Source: Paracoccaceae bacterium (GTDB taxonomy: Bacteria; Pseudomonadota; Alphaproteobacteria; Rhodobacterales; Rhodobacteraceae). From it: 64,000 nt of DNA. Of this stretch, positions 28,659 to 39,800 are shown piece by piece; position 1 is the stretch's first letter; each line of letters starts with the position of its first letter. The position numbers and the translations under genes were made by a program. The DNA is taken from contig JALUYI010000055.1 in the NCBI GenBank assembly GCA_027013095.1, positions 7,475-71,474 of the forward strand, read 5' to 3'. The notes under the pieces are model-generated. The model did no database searches, had not been told where the DNA came from, and worked only from the letters and a program-made list of their open reading frames with translations.

Positions 28659-29860
28659 TGGTCGCCCCGCAGACATGCGGCAATCTTTTCCGCCAACTTG
28701 GCGGCAACCCGCTCCTTGTCCATCCTTGGCCACACATCAACCCCGGTTTCGGTAATTACCGTAACGGCGTTTTCCTGACCGCCCATAATGCCGGTTTCCG
28801 GACGCACGTCATTGGCGATAATCCAGTCACAGCCTTTTCGCAGGCGTTTGGCCGCAGCATTCTTGACCACGTCGTCGGTCTCGGCGGCAAAGCCGACAAC
28901 CAGATCCGGGCGGCCTTTTTTCATCTGTGCCGTGCGGGCCAGAATATCGGGGTTCTCGGCGAATTGCAGTTGAGGAAGGCTGCCCTTGACGTCCTTCTTG
29001 ATCTTTTGCCCCTTTGCCTTGGTCACACGCCAATCCGCCACTGCCGCGGCAAAGATCGCCGCATCCACCGGCATCGCCTCGGCCACAGCTGCCGCCATTT
29101 CACGCGCGGTTTCCACCTCGATCACAGTCACCCCGCGCGGGCGTGCGGCCAACGCCGGACCAGTAACGAACACGACCTCGGCGCCAAGGGCGGCCAGCGC
29201 CCGGGCAATCGCGCTGCCCTGAGCGCCCGAGGATCGGTTGGCGATATAGCGCACCGGGTCGATCGGCTCATGCGTCGGCCCCGAGGTCACCAGAACCCGT
29301 CGCCCCGCCAACGGCCCGGCGCCAAGAGCGGCCGCGATCGCCTCGACAATCGCGAGCGGCTCGGCCATACGCCCGGGGCCGACCTCACCACAGGCCATAT
29401 CCCCGTCAAGCGGCCCGACGAAACCGATACCGTCCTTTTGCAGTGTCATGACGTTGCGCTGCGTCGCCGGATGCAGCCACATACGCACATTCATCGCCGG
29501 TGCCACCAGAACCGGCTTGTCCGTGGCCAACAACAACGTGCTGGCCAAATCGTTGGCCAGACCCTGCGCCATTTTTGCCAGCAGATCGGCCGTTGCCGGG
29601 GCAACCACCACCAGATCGGCGGCGCGAGACAGCTGGATATGGCCCATTTCGGCCTCGTCCGTCAGATCGAAAAGGGCCCGGTAAACCTTTTCCCCCGCCA
29701 GTGATGCAACCGACAAGGCCGTTACGAATTCCTCGGCAGCGGCAGTCAGAACCGGCGTCACCGTCGCGCCGCGGGCGCGGAGTTTTCGGATCAGATCCAG
29801 CGACTTGTAGGCGGCAATTCCGCCGCCGATAACCAGCAATATCCGTTGACCTGCCAGCAT
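28655..29860 (-). CDS. coaBC: bifunctional phosphopantothenoylcysteine decarboxylase / phosphopantothenate-cysteine ligase
   Basis: 401 aa from ATG 29860 ([28 protein letters not shown]). PAMNVRMW is present, as is the C-terminal CoaB domain (SSGAQG, KIKK). The classic dfp-dut synteny holds. Confidence 0.93.
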   Translation of the reverse strand: MLAGQRILLVIGGGIAAYKSLDLIRKLRARGATVTPVLTAAAEEFVTALSVASLAGEKVYRALFDLTDEAEMGHIQLSRAADLVVVAPATADLLAKMAQGLANDLASTLLLATDKPVLVAPAMNVRMWLHPATQRNVMTLQKDGIGFVGPLDGDMACGEVGPGRMAEPLAIVEAIAAALGAGPLAGRRVLVTSGPTHEPIDPVRYIANRSSGAQGSAIARALAALGAEVVFVTGPALAARPRGVTVIEVETAREMAAAVAEAMPVDAAIFAAAVADWRVTKAKGQKIKKDVKGSLPQLQFAENPDILARTAQMKKGRPDLVVGFAAETDDVVKNAAAKRLRKGCDWIIANDVRPETGIMGGQENAVTVITETGVDVWPRMDKERVAAKLAEKIAACLRGDQ

Positions 29861-30035
29861 TGAATATCCCCTTTTCCATGCCCCCGCAGTTTTGCCCAAG
29901 CCCGAAGCAGAGGCAAGCACCGAAGGCCATCGCCATGCGTCTTTTTTCAGTGCGGTTTTCTTGCGCTTGGCCGGTGTTCCGGTGTAGCCCGATGGCAGAA
30001 CACCCATGACAAGGGCATGGCAAAGGATCGTCATC

Positions 30036-30572
30036 GTGCAGTTGCAGCCTCTATCGTTGGTTATCGGCGGCGCCGCCTCGGGGAAATCCCGCTGGGCGGA
30101 GGGCCTTGTGTCAGCCACCGGGCGTCCGCGCCACTACATCGCCACCGCGACCGCAGGAGACGCCGGGATGCAGGCCAAAATCACCCGGCACCAGCAGGCT
30201 CGCGGAGCAGGTTGGGCAACGCAGGAAAGCCCGCTTGATCTGGCCGGGGCGATCGAACACCTGCCCGCTGATGCCGTTGGCCTTGTTGACTGCATGACGA
30301 TGTGGCTGACAAACCATCTGCTGGCCGGTAGCGACATTGACAGGGCCACGACCGATCTGCTGGAGGCCATCGGGCGCTGCCCGGCCCCCCTCGTTCTGGT
30401 CACCAACGAGGTCGGCACGGGTGGCATCCCCGAGAACGCGCTGGCACGCCAATTCCAAGCGTTGCAAGGCCAGCTGAACCAGTCTGTCGCCGCGCAGGCG
30501 GGACTGGTCGTTGCTGTCATCGCCGGATTGCCCATGGTCCTGAAAGGCGCGCTGCCGGAGGGCCGGACATGA
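30036..30572 (+). CDS. cobU: adenosylcobinamide kinase / adenosylcobinamide-phosphate guanylyltransferase
   Basis: P-loop LVIGGAASGKS is present, then VTNEVGTGGIPEN. GTG 30036 has AAGGA 9 nt upstream; the track ATG 30006 is the alternative start. Confidence 0.85.
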   Translation: MQLQPLSLVIGGAASGKSRWAEGLVSATGRPRHYIATATAGDAGMQAKITRHQQARGAGWATQESPLDLAGAIEHLPADAVGLVDCMTMWLTNHLLAGSDIDRATTDLLEAIGRCPAPLVLVTNEVGTGGIPENALARQFQALQGQLNQSVAAQAGLVVAVIAGLPMVLKGALPEGRT

Positions 30573-31195
30573 CACGCGTCTCGGCAACACGCCGCCCGGC
30601 AACAACCTGGTGGTGGGTGCGCCACGGTCCAACCCATCACAAGGGGCTGATCGGGTGGACCGACCTGCCCGCCGACCTGTCGGACACCGGCACCCTTGCC
30701 CGCCTTGACGCCGCGTTGCCAAAGACGGCGCTTGTGGTTTCGTCTGACCTGACACGCGCGGTCACAACAGCCGACGCCATTCAGGCAAAGCGACAGCGCC
30801 TGCCCCATGCAAGAACCTTGCGCGAAATAAATTTCGGCGATTGGGAAGGCCGCACCTTTCAGGACATTGCAAAATCGGATCCGGCGCGCGCCCGGGCCTA
30901 TTGGTCAAACCCCGGCAAGACCTGCCCACCCAACGGTGAATCATGGAACGACACCGCCGCCCGGGTCGCCGGATTCGTAGCCGAGGTCAACCACGCACAT
31001 CCCGGGGCCGATATCATCGCGGTCGCCCATTTCGGAGTGATCCTGACGCAACTGCAACACGCCGCCGGGATCAAGCCCCGCGCAGCCCTGTCCTTCAGCA
31101 TCGACAACCTGTCACTGACGCGGCTGCAGTTCCTTGATCCGGAATGGCGCGTTCTTGGGGCCAATCATCTGTTTTCAGAGGAGAAACCCGCATGA
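30569..31195 (+). CDS. cobC: histidine phosphatase family protein (alpha-ribazole phosphatase CobC-like)
   Basis: 208 aa. The RHG motif (WVRHGPTH) is present. ATGA overlap with cobU. Confidence 0.75.
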   Translation: MTRVSATRRPATTWWWVRHGPTHHKGLIGWTDLPADLSDTGTLARLDAALPKTALVVSSDLTRAVTTADAIQAKRQRLPHARTLREINFGDWEGRTFQDIAKSDPARARAYWSNPGKTCPPNGESWNDTAARVAGFVAEVNHAHPGADIIAVAHFGVILTQLQHAAGIKPRAALSFSIDNLSLTRLQFLDPEWRVLGANHLFSEEKPA

Positions 31196-31292
31196 AACCG
31201 GGCGCAGAACCACGGCGTGGAGATGAAAGACGATCAGGGCCGATCACCCGCAGCCATCCAGCCCGCCGGGCACACTTATTAGAGGCAGTCTC

Positions 31293-32951
31293 ATGAGCCG
31301 CGCGCGCAACATTTTGTTCATCATGTTCGACCAACTGCGCTGGGATTATCTGAGCTGCGCGGGGCATCCACATCTGCACACGCCACATATCGACGCGCTG
31401 GCGGCGCGTGGCGTGCGTTTCTCGCGCGCCTATATTCAATCGCCGATCTGTGGCTCTTCGCGCATGTCCACCTATACCGGACGCTATGTCCACAGCCACG
31501 GCGCCTCGTGGAACGGCATTCCGCTGAAAGTGGGCGAAATGACCATGGGCGATCACCTCCGTGCCGCCGGAATGGAATGCTGGCTGGTGGGCAAGACCCA
31601 TATGCGCGCCGACGCCGAAGGGATGGCGCGACTTGGGCTGGAGCCCGACAGCCTGATCGGGGCTCGGGTGGCAGAATGCGGGTTTGACGTGTTTGAACGC
31701 GATGACGGGATGCGCCCCGAAGGCCCGGACGGCTTTTATGACCCTAATAGAGCTCTGGCCTACAACGACTGGCTGCGCGCCAAGGGATATAACAGCGACA
31801 ACCCTTGGCACGACTTTGCCAATTCCGGGCTGGATGACGCCGGGAACGTGCTATCCGGCTGGTTCATGCAAAATGCAGGCGAACCGGCCAACATACGCGA
31901 GGAGGACAGCGAAACCCCCTATATGACAGGGCGCGGCATCGCCTTCATGGAGCAGGCCCGCGCACCGTGGTGTTGCCATCTCAGCTATATCAAACCGCAT
32001 TGGCCCTATATCGTTCCCGCCCCGTATCACGACATGTACGGCCCCGAACACATCCTTCCGCCGGTGCGCACAGGGCCGGAATATCAAGGCGCCCATCCGG
32101 TGCTGCGCGCCTTCATGGACACCAGAATCGGCCGCGCGTTCGCCCGCGACGAGCTGCGCGAAAAGGTGATCGGCGCCTATATGGGCCTGATCAAGCAGGC
32201 CGACGACCAGATGGGGCGGCTGTTTGCGTGGATGGAGGAAACCGGGCGGATAAAGGACACCATGATCGTTCTGACCTCGGATCACGGAGATTTTCTGGGC
32301 GATCACTGGATGGGCGAGAAAACCTTTTTTCAGGATGCGTCGGTCAAGGTCCCGCTGATCATCCATGATCCCTCGGAGGCCGCAGATAAAACCCGCGGCA
32401 CCGTTTGCGATGCCTTGGTCGAAACCATCGATCTGGCGCCAACCTTTGTTGACTTTGCCGGGGGCTCGGTGGCTGGGCATATCCTTGAGGGGCACTCACT
32501 GTTGCCGATCCTGCACGGAACCGCATCCGCCCCGCCGCGTACGTTCGCGATCAGCGAATACGACTATTCCGCCTCGGGCATCGCAGAGCATCTGGGGCTG
32601 GGCGTGCGCGACGCCGTCATGTTCATGGTGGCGACAAAAAAGTGGAAACTGATCCATTGCGAGGGCGGCTTTCGCCCGATCCTGTTTGATCTGGAAAACG
32701 ACCCTGACGAGGTCCATGATCTGGGCGATTCTGCCGCGCATGCGGATGTCATTGGAGCACTTTATCAACATCTGTTTGACTGGGCCCGTCGACCCTCGCA
32801 GCGCACCACCCGCTCTGAAGCGCAGCTGATCAAAATGCGCACCCAAAGCCGCAAGCGCGGGGTCGTTCTGGGGGTCTATGACGAAAACGACGTCGATCTG
32901 ACACTGACGGTTAAGTACAGAGGCCGCAAGGCAGATCGTCACAAGCCCTGA
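31293..32951 (+). CDS. sulfatase-like (alkaline phosphatase superfamily) hydrolase, cytoplasmic, atypical active-site motif
   Basis: 552 aa. N-terminal NILFIMFDQLRWD and later LTSDHGDFLGDH are typical of sulfatase/PMH enzymes. The nucleophile motif reads CGSSR instead of CxPxR. No signal peptide. Confidence 0.8.
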   Translation: MSRARNILFIMFDQLRWDYLSCAGHPHLHTPHIDALAARGVRFSRAYIQSPICGSSRMSTYTGRYVHSHGASWNGIPLKVGEMTMGDHLRAAGMECWLVGKTHMRADAEGMARLGLEPDSLIGARVAECGFDVFERDDGMRPEGPDGFYDPNRALAYNDWLRAKGYNSDNPWHDFANSGLDDAGNVLSGWFMQNAGEPANIREEDSETPYMTGRGIAFMEQARAPWCCHLSYIKPHWPYIVPAPYHDMYGPEHILPPVRTGPEYQGAHPVLRAFMDTRIGRAFARDELREKVIGAYMGLIKQADDQMGRLFAWMEETGRIKDTMIVLTSDHGDFLGDHWMGEKTFFQDASVKVPLIIHDPSEAADKTRGTVCDALVETIDLAPTFVDFAGGSVAGHILEGHSLLPILHGTASAPPRTFAISEYDYSASGIAEHLGLGVRDAVMFMVATKKWKLIHCEGGFRPILFDLENDPDEVHDLGDSAAHADVIGALYQHLFDWARRPSQRTTRSEAQLIKMRTQSRKRGVVLGVYDENDVDLTLTVKYRGRKADRHKP

Positions 32952-33097
32952 GAGGCCTCTGCGGGGCACCAACACCCCTGCCATGAAACTGAAACTAGCC
33001 GCGTAATTCTACAAGCGGACCCCATCAAAAATGGGGGGATTACCCCGCCACCATTTCGCCTGCTGCCCCCCGTCTCCCTCTCACTGCATGAGTGGCC

Positions 33098-33913
33098 TCA
33101 AGCCACCTCTGACAGGGCGGGATCGGCAATGTCGATGCCGGTGATCTCAGCGCCACCGATCAGGCCCTCAATCAACTCACGGGCGGCGGTGACCCAGCCT
33201 GCCTTTTCCAATGCCGTCTGGATCCGGCCTGAAACCGCAGAATAGGGCAAGACACGCCCCTTTGCGGCCTGATCCAGCCGGATGATGTGAAACCCGAAAC
33301 GCGTTTCAACCGGCTCTGACGAAATCTCGCCGGGGGCAAGAAGGGACAGGGCCGCCTCAAATTCAGGCACGGTATCGCCAACCCCCACCTGACCCAGAAC
33401 ACCGCCCTGTTTCCCCGAGGGGCAGTCTGACAGCTCCTTGGCAATCGTGGAAAATTTTTCCGGCGCACGTCGTAGTTTTGCCAAGGCAGCCGCGGCGCGT
33501 TCCGAGGCCTGCCGCCGCGCATCCGCATCGTCGAGCGACGCCGCACAAAGGATATGAGAAACCATGTAAAGGTCGGGTGCGCGATAGGCCCCGGGGTCTT
33601 TTTCATAGGCCGCGCGGCACGCAGCATCAGACACGGGGGCAGGGTTCAGATGCCCCTCAAGATAGGCGCGAACCAGGGCATCCTCGTCGGTCTCGGCATG
33701 GTCATCGTCCAGTTTCTCGGGTGCCGCCATTACACCAGCCGCCTGCGCCGCCTGCAATAACAGCGCCCGAACGATCAATGCCCGGGCCGCCGCACGCCAC
33801 GCCAGACCCGGCTTGCCCCGGGGGACGCGGTGGTTTTGGGCCTCCAGCGCAATTGCAGCCGAAGGGATCGTTTCGCCATTGACCGTTACGGTCGGCATGA
33901 CAGGAGAGGTCAT
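33098..33913 (-). CDS. PpiC/parvulin-type peptidyl-prolyl isomerase (nar-cluster associated)
   Basis: 271 aa. Parvulin core is visible (VSHILC..., GGVLGQVGVGDTVPEFE, FGFHIIRLD). It starts 5 nt after the narI stop, the same position as the PpiC-type gene after narI in Pseudomonas and Paracoccus as I recall. Confidence 0.85.
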   Translation of the reverse strand: MTSPVMPTVTVNGETIPSAAIALEAQNHRVPRGKPGLAWRAAARALIVRALLLQAAQAAGVMAAPEKLDDDHAETDEDALVRAYLEGHLNPAPVSDAACRAAYEKDPGAYRAPDLYMVSHILCAASLDDADARRQASERAAAALAKLRRAPEKFSTIAKELSDCPSGKQGGVLGQVGVGDTVPEFEAALSLLAPGEISSEPVETRFGFHIIRLDQAAKGRVLPYSAVSGRIQTALEKAGWVTAARELIEGLIGGAEITGIDIADPALSEVA

Positions 33914-33918
33914 CGCTC

Positions 33919-34602
33919 TTATGCCTTTTTGCGCCGGGTGCGCACGATCTGATAACCGGGGCGCCAGATATAGCGCACCGGCGCCGAGATCATGTGGACC
34001 AAGCGGGTGAACGGGAACAGGATAAAGATGGTTAGACCCAGAACGATGTGCAGCTTGAAGATCAAGGCCACGTCCTGGATATGGCTGGCGGCGTTGGGGT
34101 CAAAGGTAAAGATGCCATTGGCCCAGGCCATGAACTTGATCACACCGCCGCTGGACAGCTCGGACAGCGAATAGGGCACCGAGATCAACCCCAATGCCAG
34201 TTGCGCGATCAGGAGCAGCAGGATGCCGGTGTCGGCAAAGCTGGAGTTTGCCCGCACCCGCGGATCCATCAGCCGACGATGCGCCAGAATCAGGGCGCCG
34301 ATAATTGCCATCGTTCCAAAGATTCCACCTGCGGTCGCTGCCAGAAGCTGCTTGGCCTGCGCCTCGATGCCAAAGAACTCATACACCTGAATCGGGATCA
34401 AAAGGCCGAACAGATGGCCAAAGAATACCACCAAAACACCGACGTGGAACAGGATCGAGCCCCACATCAACTGTTTGCGCCGCAGCAGCTGGCTGGAACT
34501 GGATTTCCATGTATAGGGGTCCCGCTCATACCGTGCGATCGAGCCGATCAGCAGCACAGTCAGTGCGATGTAGGGATAGGTTCCGAAGAAAAACTGGTTC
34601 AT
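33919..34602 (-). CDS. narI: respiratory nitrate reductase gamma subunit (cytochrome b)
   Basis: 227 aa from ATG 34602 (GAGGAGG SD). MNQFFFGTYPYIALTVLLIGSIARYERDPYTWKSSSSQLL is a canonical NarI N-terminus. Confidence 0.95.
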   Translation of the reverse strand: MNQFFFGTYPYIALTVLLIGSIARYERDPYTWKSSSSQLLRRKQLMWGSILFHVGVLVVFFGHLFGLLIPIQVYEFFGIEAQAKQLLAATAGGIFGTMAIIGALILAHRRLMDPRVRANSSFADTGILLLLIAQLALGLISVPYSLSELSSGGVIKFMAWANGIFTFDPNAASHIQDVALIFKLHIVLGLTIFILFPFTRLVHMISAPVRYIWRPGYQIVRTRRKKA

Positions 34603-34612
34603 TTTCGCCTCC

Positions 34613-35329
34613 TCAGTTTTGGGCGGTGGCCGCGGACGGCGGGTTGATGACGGGGTCCATGTTGGCAAGCATCTCGCGCCCCACGGGGCAGCCCGCGCCG
34701 GGATCCGGGCCAAAGGTTATTTCGGCCTCTTCCCAAACACTGTCGAGCGCGGCCAGATCTTCGGGGTCATCCTCCTTGACGCGCAGTAGGTCTTGCACAA
34801 GCTCGGCATCTTCCGGGACATCGGCAAATTCGACCAGGGCGGCAAATACGGCGGCATAGCAGCTGTCGCGCCGTTGCAGACGCTCGGCAAGGGCTGCCAG
34901 AATATGCCCCGCATCCGCCAACATCTCGCGCGCGTCCGCAATCGGACGGGTCGAAAGATATTCCAGCAGGATCGGCAGGTGATCCGGCAGTTCGGTGCTG
35001 ACCAGATCAAACCCGCCGGCCCGGTAGGTTTCCAGCAGATCCACCATCGCCGGGCCCCGATCGCGGCTTTCGCCATGGACGTGCTCGAACAGGTTCAGGC
35101 TGAGCGTGCGCGAGCGATCGAACAGCAGGACATAACGCTCTTGCAGGTCGTAGAGATCGCTTTTCTGAAGGTCGCGCAGCAATGGTTTCAATGCAACCTG
35201 CGCCGCCGGTGAGATAACCCCTTCGGCGGCCAGAATCGCGGCGATTTCAGGGGCAGCCTCTTTCAGTTCAGCGCTGGGATAACAGAGCAGCGCAGACAGG
35301 GCCTTCCATGTTTTCTGACGCACCTCCAT
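34613..35329 (-). CDS. narJ: nitrate reductase molybdenum cofactor assembly chaperone
   Basis: 238 aa, sited between narH and narI. TGATG overlap with narH. NarJ-like segments are visible (LLCYPS, YVLLFDRSR.LSLNLFEHVHGESRDRG). Confidence 0.92.
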   Translation of the reverse strand: MEVRQKTWKALSALLCYPSAELKEAAPEIAAILAAEGVISPAAQVALKPLLRDLQKSDLYDLQERYVLLFDRSRTLSLNLFEHVHGESRDRGPAMVDLLETYRAGGFDLVSTELPDHLPILLEYLSTRPIADAREMLADAGHILAALAERLQRRDSCYAAVFAALVEFADVPEDAELVQDLLRVKEDDPEDLAALDSVWEEAEITFGPDPGAGCPVGREMLANMDPVINPPSAATAQN

Positions 35330-36849
35330 CAGCGTGCCCCCCCGGTCGGAACGACGAATTTGCGACTGCCAAACAGCTTACCGCCACTGGTGCCGGTCGA
35401 GCATTGGTTGGTGTCCGTGAACCCGCAACCCGAGCGCAGATCATAGGCATCCTCGGTCAACTCGCGGTGCGTGGTCGGCACAACAAAGCGGTCTTCGTAG
35501 TCGGCAAGGGCCATGATCTTGTACATTTCGTCGATTTGCGCGGGCTCTAGCCCGACGCGCTTGGCAATGCCCAGATCAACCACCCCGTCGATGGTCTTGG
35601 CGCGCATGTACCCACGCATCGCCAGCATCCGCTGAAGCGCGGCAACAATTGGCGCCTCATCCCCGGCGGTCAGCATATTGGCCAGATATCGCACCGGAAT
35701 CCGCAGCGATTTCACGTCCGGCAGATCGCCATCGACACCGATCTTGCCTGCCGCAGCAGCGTTCTGGATCGGCGAGAGCGGCGGCACATACCAGACCATC
35801 GGCAGGGTGCGGTATTCGGGATGCAAGGGAAAAGCAATCTTCCACTCCATCGCCATTTTCCACACCGGAGAATTTTTCGCACTGTCGATCCAGTCCTGTG
35901 GGACGCCATCGCGCCGGGCCGCAGCCTGCACCTCAGGGTCGTTGGGGTCAAGAAAGACGTCAAGCTGGGCGTCATACAACTCTTTTTCACCGGGAACCGC
36001 CGCTGCCTTTTCGATCTTGTCGGCATCATACAGCATCACCCCCAGATAACGGATGCGCCCCACGCAGGTTTCCGAGCAGACCGTCGGCATACCGCTTTCG
36101 ATCCGCGGATAGCAAAAGGTGCATTTTTCGGATTTTCCGCTTTCCCAGTTGTAATAGATCTTTTTGTAAGGGCAGCCCGAGACGCACATGCGCCAGCCGC
36201 GGCAGGCCTCCTGGTCGATCAGGACAATGCCGTCCTCGTCGCGCTTGTAGATCGCGCCCGACGGGCAGGACGCCACGCAGGCCGGATTGAGGCAGTGCTC
36301 GCACAGGCGCGGCAGATACATCATGAAGGTGTTTTCATACTCACCATAGATGTCCTTTTGCACACCGTCAAAGTTGTAATCCTTGCTGCGTGTCTCGAAT
36401 TCACCGCCAAGGATTTCCTCCCAGTTGGGGCCATGCTCGATCTTTTCCATCCGCTCTCCGGATATTTTCGAGCGCGGACGCGCAGTGGGAAAGGTTGGCA
36501 TCTCCGGCGCCGATTTCAGATGGTCATAGTCAAAATCGAACGGCTCGTAATAGTCATCGATCTCGGGCAGGTTGGGGTTGGCAAAGATATTGGCCAGAAT
36601 CCGCCATTTTGCCCCCTGTTTCGGCTGTATCTTGCCGTTGCGGTTGCGGACCCAGCCGCCATTCCAGCGTTTCTGGTTTTCCCAGTCGGTGGGATAGCCA
36701 AGGCCGGGTTTGGTTTCCACGTTGTTGAACCAAGCGTATTCAACCCCGTCGCGGGAGGTCCAGACGTTTTTGCACGTCACCGAGCAGGTGTGGCACCCGA
36801 TACATTTATCGAGATTCAACACCATTCCAATTTGAGCGCGGACTTTCAT
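35329..36849 (-). CDS. narH: respiratory nitrate reductase beta subunit (Fe-S)
   Basis: 506 aa. The N-terminus is MKVRAQIGMVLNLDKCIGCHTCSVTCKNVW and further Cys clusters are present. ATGA overlap with narG. Confidence 0.97.
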   Translation of the reverse strand: MKVRAQIGMVLNLDKCIGCHTCSVTCKNVWTSRDGVEYAWFNNVETKPGLGYPTDWENQKRWNGGWVRNRNGKIQPKQGAKWRILANIFANPNLPEIDDYYEPFDFDYDHLKSAPEMPTFPTARPRSKISGERMEKIEHGPNWEEILGGEFETRSKDYNFDGVQKDIYGEYENTFMMYLPRLCEHCLNPACVASCPSGAIYKRDEDGIVLIDQEACRGWRMCVSGCPYKKIYYNWESGKSEKCTFCYPRIESGMPTVCSETCVGRIRYLGVMLYDADKIEKAAAVPGEKELYDAQLDVFLDPNDPEVQAAARRDGVPQDWIDSAKNSPVWKMAMEWKIAFPLHPEYRTLPMVWYVPPLSPIQNAAAAGKIGVDGDLPDVKSLRIPVRYLANMLTAGDEAPIVAALQRMLAMRGYMRAKTIDGVVDLGIAKRVGLEPAQIDEMYKIMALADYEDRFVVPTTHRELTEDAYDLRSGCGFTDTNQCSTGTSGGKLFGSRKFVVPTGGAR

Positions 36850-39800
36850 TCTGCTGCCTCCGTTTTGACTGGCTCGTCCATCCAGTCTACTTTTTCCATT
36901 TTGCGCAGGATCACGAATTCATCCCGGTTCGAGCCCACTGTTCCGTAATAGTTGAACCCGTAGGAGAGCTGTGCATACCCGCCGATCATATGCGTGGGCT
37001 TCAACGTCACCCGGGTTACCGAGTTATGAATCCCTGCGCGTTTTCCGGTGATCTGCGAGCCGGGCGTGTTCACGATCTTTTCCTGCGCGTGGTACATGAA
37101 CAACGTGCCCTCCTTGATCCGCTGGCTGACCACCGCCCGCGCCGCCAGAGCGCCATTGGCATTATAGGCCTCAACCCAGTCGTTATCGCGAATCCCGGCC
37201 TTTTTCGCATCCACCTCGGATATCCACAGGACCGGCCCGCCGCGGTTCAGGGTCAACATCAACAGGTTGTCCGAATAGGTGCTGTGAATGCCCCATTTCT
37301 GGTGCGGCGTGATAAAGTTAAGGACCAGATGCGGCTCGTTGTTGCGGGCCGAAATGTTCACCTCATCGGTCACGGTCTTAAGGTCAACAGGAGGACGCCA
37401 GGTGACAAACCCCTCGCCAAAGGCCCGCATCCAGAGGTGATCCTGATAAAGCTGCTGACGCCCCGAAAGGGTACGCCAAGGGATCAGTTCGTGCACGTTG
37501 GTATAGCCAGCGTTGTAGCAGACCTCATCGCTCTCGATCCCCGACCATGTGGGCGAGCTGATGATCTTGCGCGGTTGCGCGGCAATGTCGCGAAAGCGGA
37601 TCTTTTCATCCTCCTTGGCGCGGGCAAGGTGGGTGTGGTCGTGCCCGGTGTGCGTTCCCAGCGCATCCCACGCCTTGACCGCGACTTCGCCGTTGGTCTC
37701 GGGGGCAAGCATCAGGATGACCTCGGCGGCATCGATGTCACTTTCGATCCTGACCTGCCCCTCGCTGATCCCCGCCTCGGCAACGGTGCCGTTCAGGGCC
37801 TTCAGCTGCGCGATTTCGGTCTTGGTATCCCAACTGATGCCCTTGCCGCCATTACCAACCTTTTCCATCAGCGGCCCGACCGAGGTAAAGCGCTTGTAAA
37901 GATTGGGATAATCGCGGGTCACGGTCGCAAATGCCGGGGCCGTTTTGCCCGGAATCAGTTCGCATTCGCCCTGTTTCCAATCCCGCACCTGATCCTGTGC
38001 CAGTTCGGACGGGCTGTCGTGCAGCGTCGGCAATGCCACAATATCGGTCTCTTCACCCAGATAGCCCGGCACCATTTCCGAGAATTTCTTGGCGATGAAC
38101 TTGAATATCTCCCAGTCCGATTTGCTGTCATACGCGGGGTCCACAGCTGCCTGCAGCGGATGGATGAAGGGGTGCATGTCACTGGTGTTAAGGTCGTTTT
38201 TCTCGTACCAGCTGGCAGTCGGCAATACGATGTCGGAATAGACTGCCGTCGTTGACATGCGAAAGTCGATCGTGACCAGCAAATCCAGTTTGCCACGCGG
38301 CGCATCGTCGTGCCACTTTGCTTCGATCGGCTTACGCTGGCCCTCTTCGCCCAGATCCTTGCCCTGAATTCCGTGGTCGGTGCCCAGCAGGTGTTTGAGG
38401 AAATACTCATGGCCCTTGCCGCTGGAACCCAGGATGTTGGAGCGCCACACAAACATGTTTCGCGGCCAGTTTTCCGGCGCGTCCGGATCCTCGGCCGACA
38501 TCTCCAACTGACCCGAGGTCAGTTGGCTGGCGACATAGGCGGGAATGTCCTGCCCGGCGGCCTTGGCTGATTTGGCAACCTCCATCGGGTTCGTCTTGAA
38601 GGCCGGCACCGACGGCAGCCAGCCCATGCGCTCGGCGCGGATGTTCAGATCGATCAGGCTGGTGTCCTTCCAGTCGCCCGCTGGCGCGGTGGGCGACAGG
38701 ATTTCTTCGGGTTTCAGGGTTTCATAACGCCACTGATCGGTATGCGCATAAAAGAACGAGGTACCGTTCATGTGCCGCGGCGGCCGCGCCCAGTCGGTGG
38801 CAAAGGCCAGCGGGATCCAGCCGGTCTGCGGGCGCAGTTTTTCCTGACCCACATAATGCGACCAGCCACCGCCGGATTTGCCGATACAACCGCACATCGC
38901 CAGCATATTGATGATCCCGCGATAGGCCATGTCCATGTGATACCAGTGATTCAAACCGGCCCCGAGGATGACCATGGACTTGCCCTCGGTCTTTTCGGCG
39001 TTCAGGGCAAATTCACGGGCGACGGTGATAATCCGATCGCGCGGCACCCCGGTAATCGCCTCGGCCCAGGCCGGGGTGAACGGGGTATTCTGGTTATAGT
39101 CGCTGGCCACGAAATCGCCGCCAAGGCCCCGGTCAAGGCCGTAGTTCGCGCAAAAGAGGTCAAACACCGTGGCCACATAGGCCTCGCCATCAGCCAGCTT
39201 CAGCTTTTTCACCGGCACATTGCGGGTCAGGATCTCGGGGTGGTCGGTCTTGGCAAAGGTCTCGCTGGCAGCGCCTCCGAAATAGGGAAAGTCAACGCCG
39301 ACGACCGCATCGTGGTTTTCCTCCAGAACCAGCGACATGCGCAGATCGACATCCTTGTCGCCCGATTTCTGTTCAAGGTTCCATTTCCCCTTTTCGCCCC
39401 AGCGAAAGCCGATTGAGCCATTGGGCGCAACGGGATTACCGCCTTCGCGGTCGAGGGCGATGGTTTTCCACTCAGGATTGTTTTGCTGCCCCAGCTTGTC
39501 GTCGAAATCCGCTGCCCGCAGCAGCCGACCCGGCACCAGACGCCCGTCCTGTTCATCAAGCCGCACAAGCATCGGCATATCGGTATAACGCCGGGCGTAG
39601 TCGCTGAAATAGGGGGTTTGCCGATCGAGGTGGAATTCCCGCAGGATCACATGGCCCATGGCCATGGCCACAGCCGCATCGGTACCCTGTTTGGGCGCCA
39701 GCCAGATATCGCCGAATTTGGCGGCCTCGGAGTAATCCGGGCAAATGACAGCAGATTTTGCCCCACGATAGCGTGCTTCGGTGTAAAAATGCGCATCCGG

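Noticed and set aside
29861-30035. Possible cobalamin riboswitch in the coaBC/cobU divergent spacer.
   Set aside because: I could not find a B12-box-like core or the usual GC-rich multi-stem pattern. The spacer is short once the promoters are accounted for.
28655-30118. N-terminal extensions in the track ORFs (coaBC 487 aa, narI 264 aa, dut 180 aa, moeB 287 aa, DUF3305 353 aa, the 2-hydroxyacid dehydrogenase 471 aa, xdhC 398 aa, the TAT-target protein 153 aa) as possible fusions or novel domains.
   Set aside because: In each case an internal ATG or GTG, with an SD or a start/stop overlap, gives the canonical family N-terminus. The extra residues are low-complexity and overlap neighbouring genes or spacers.
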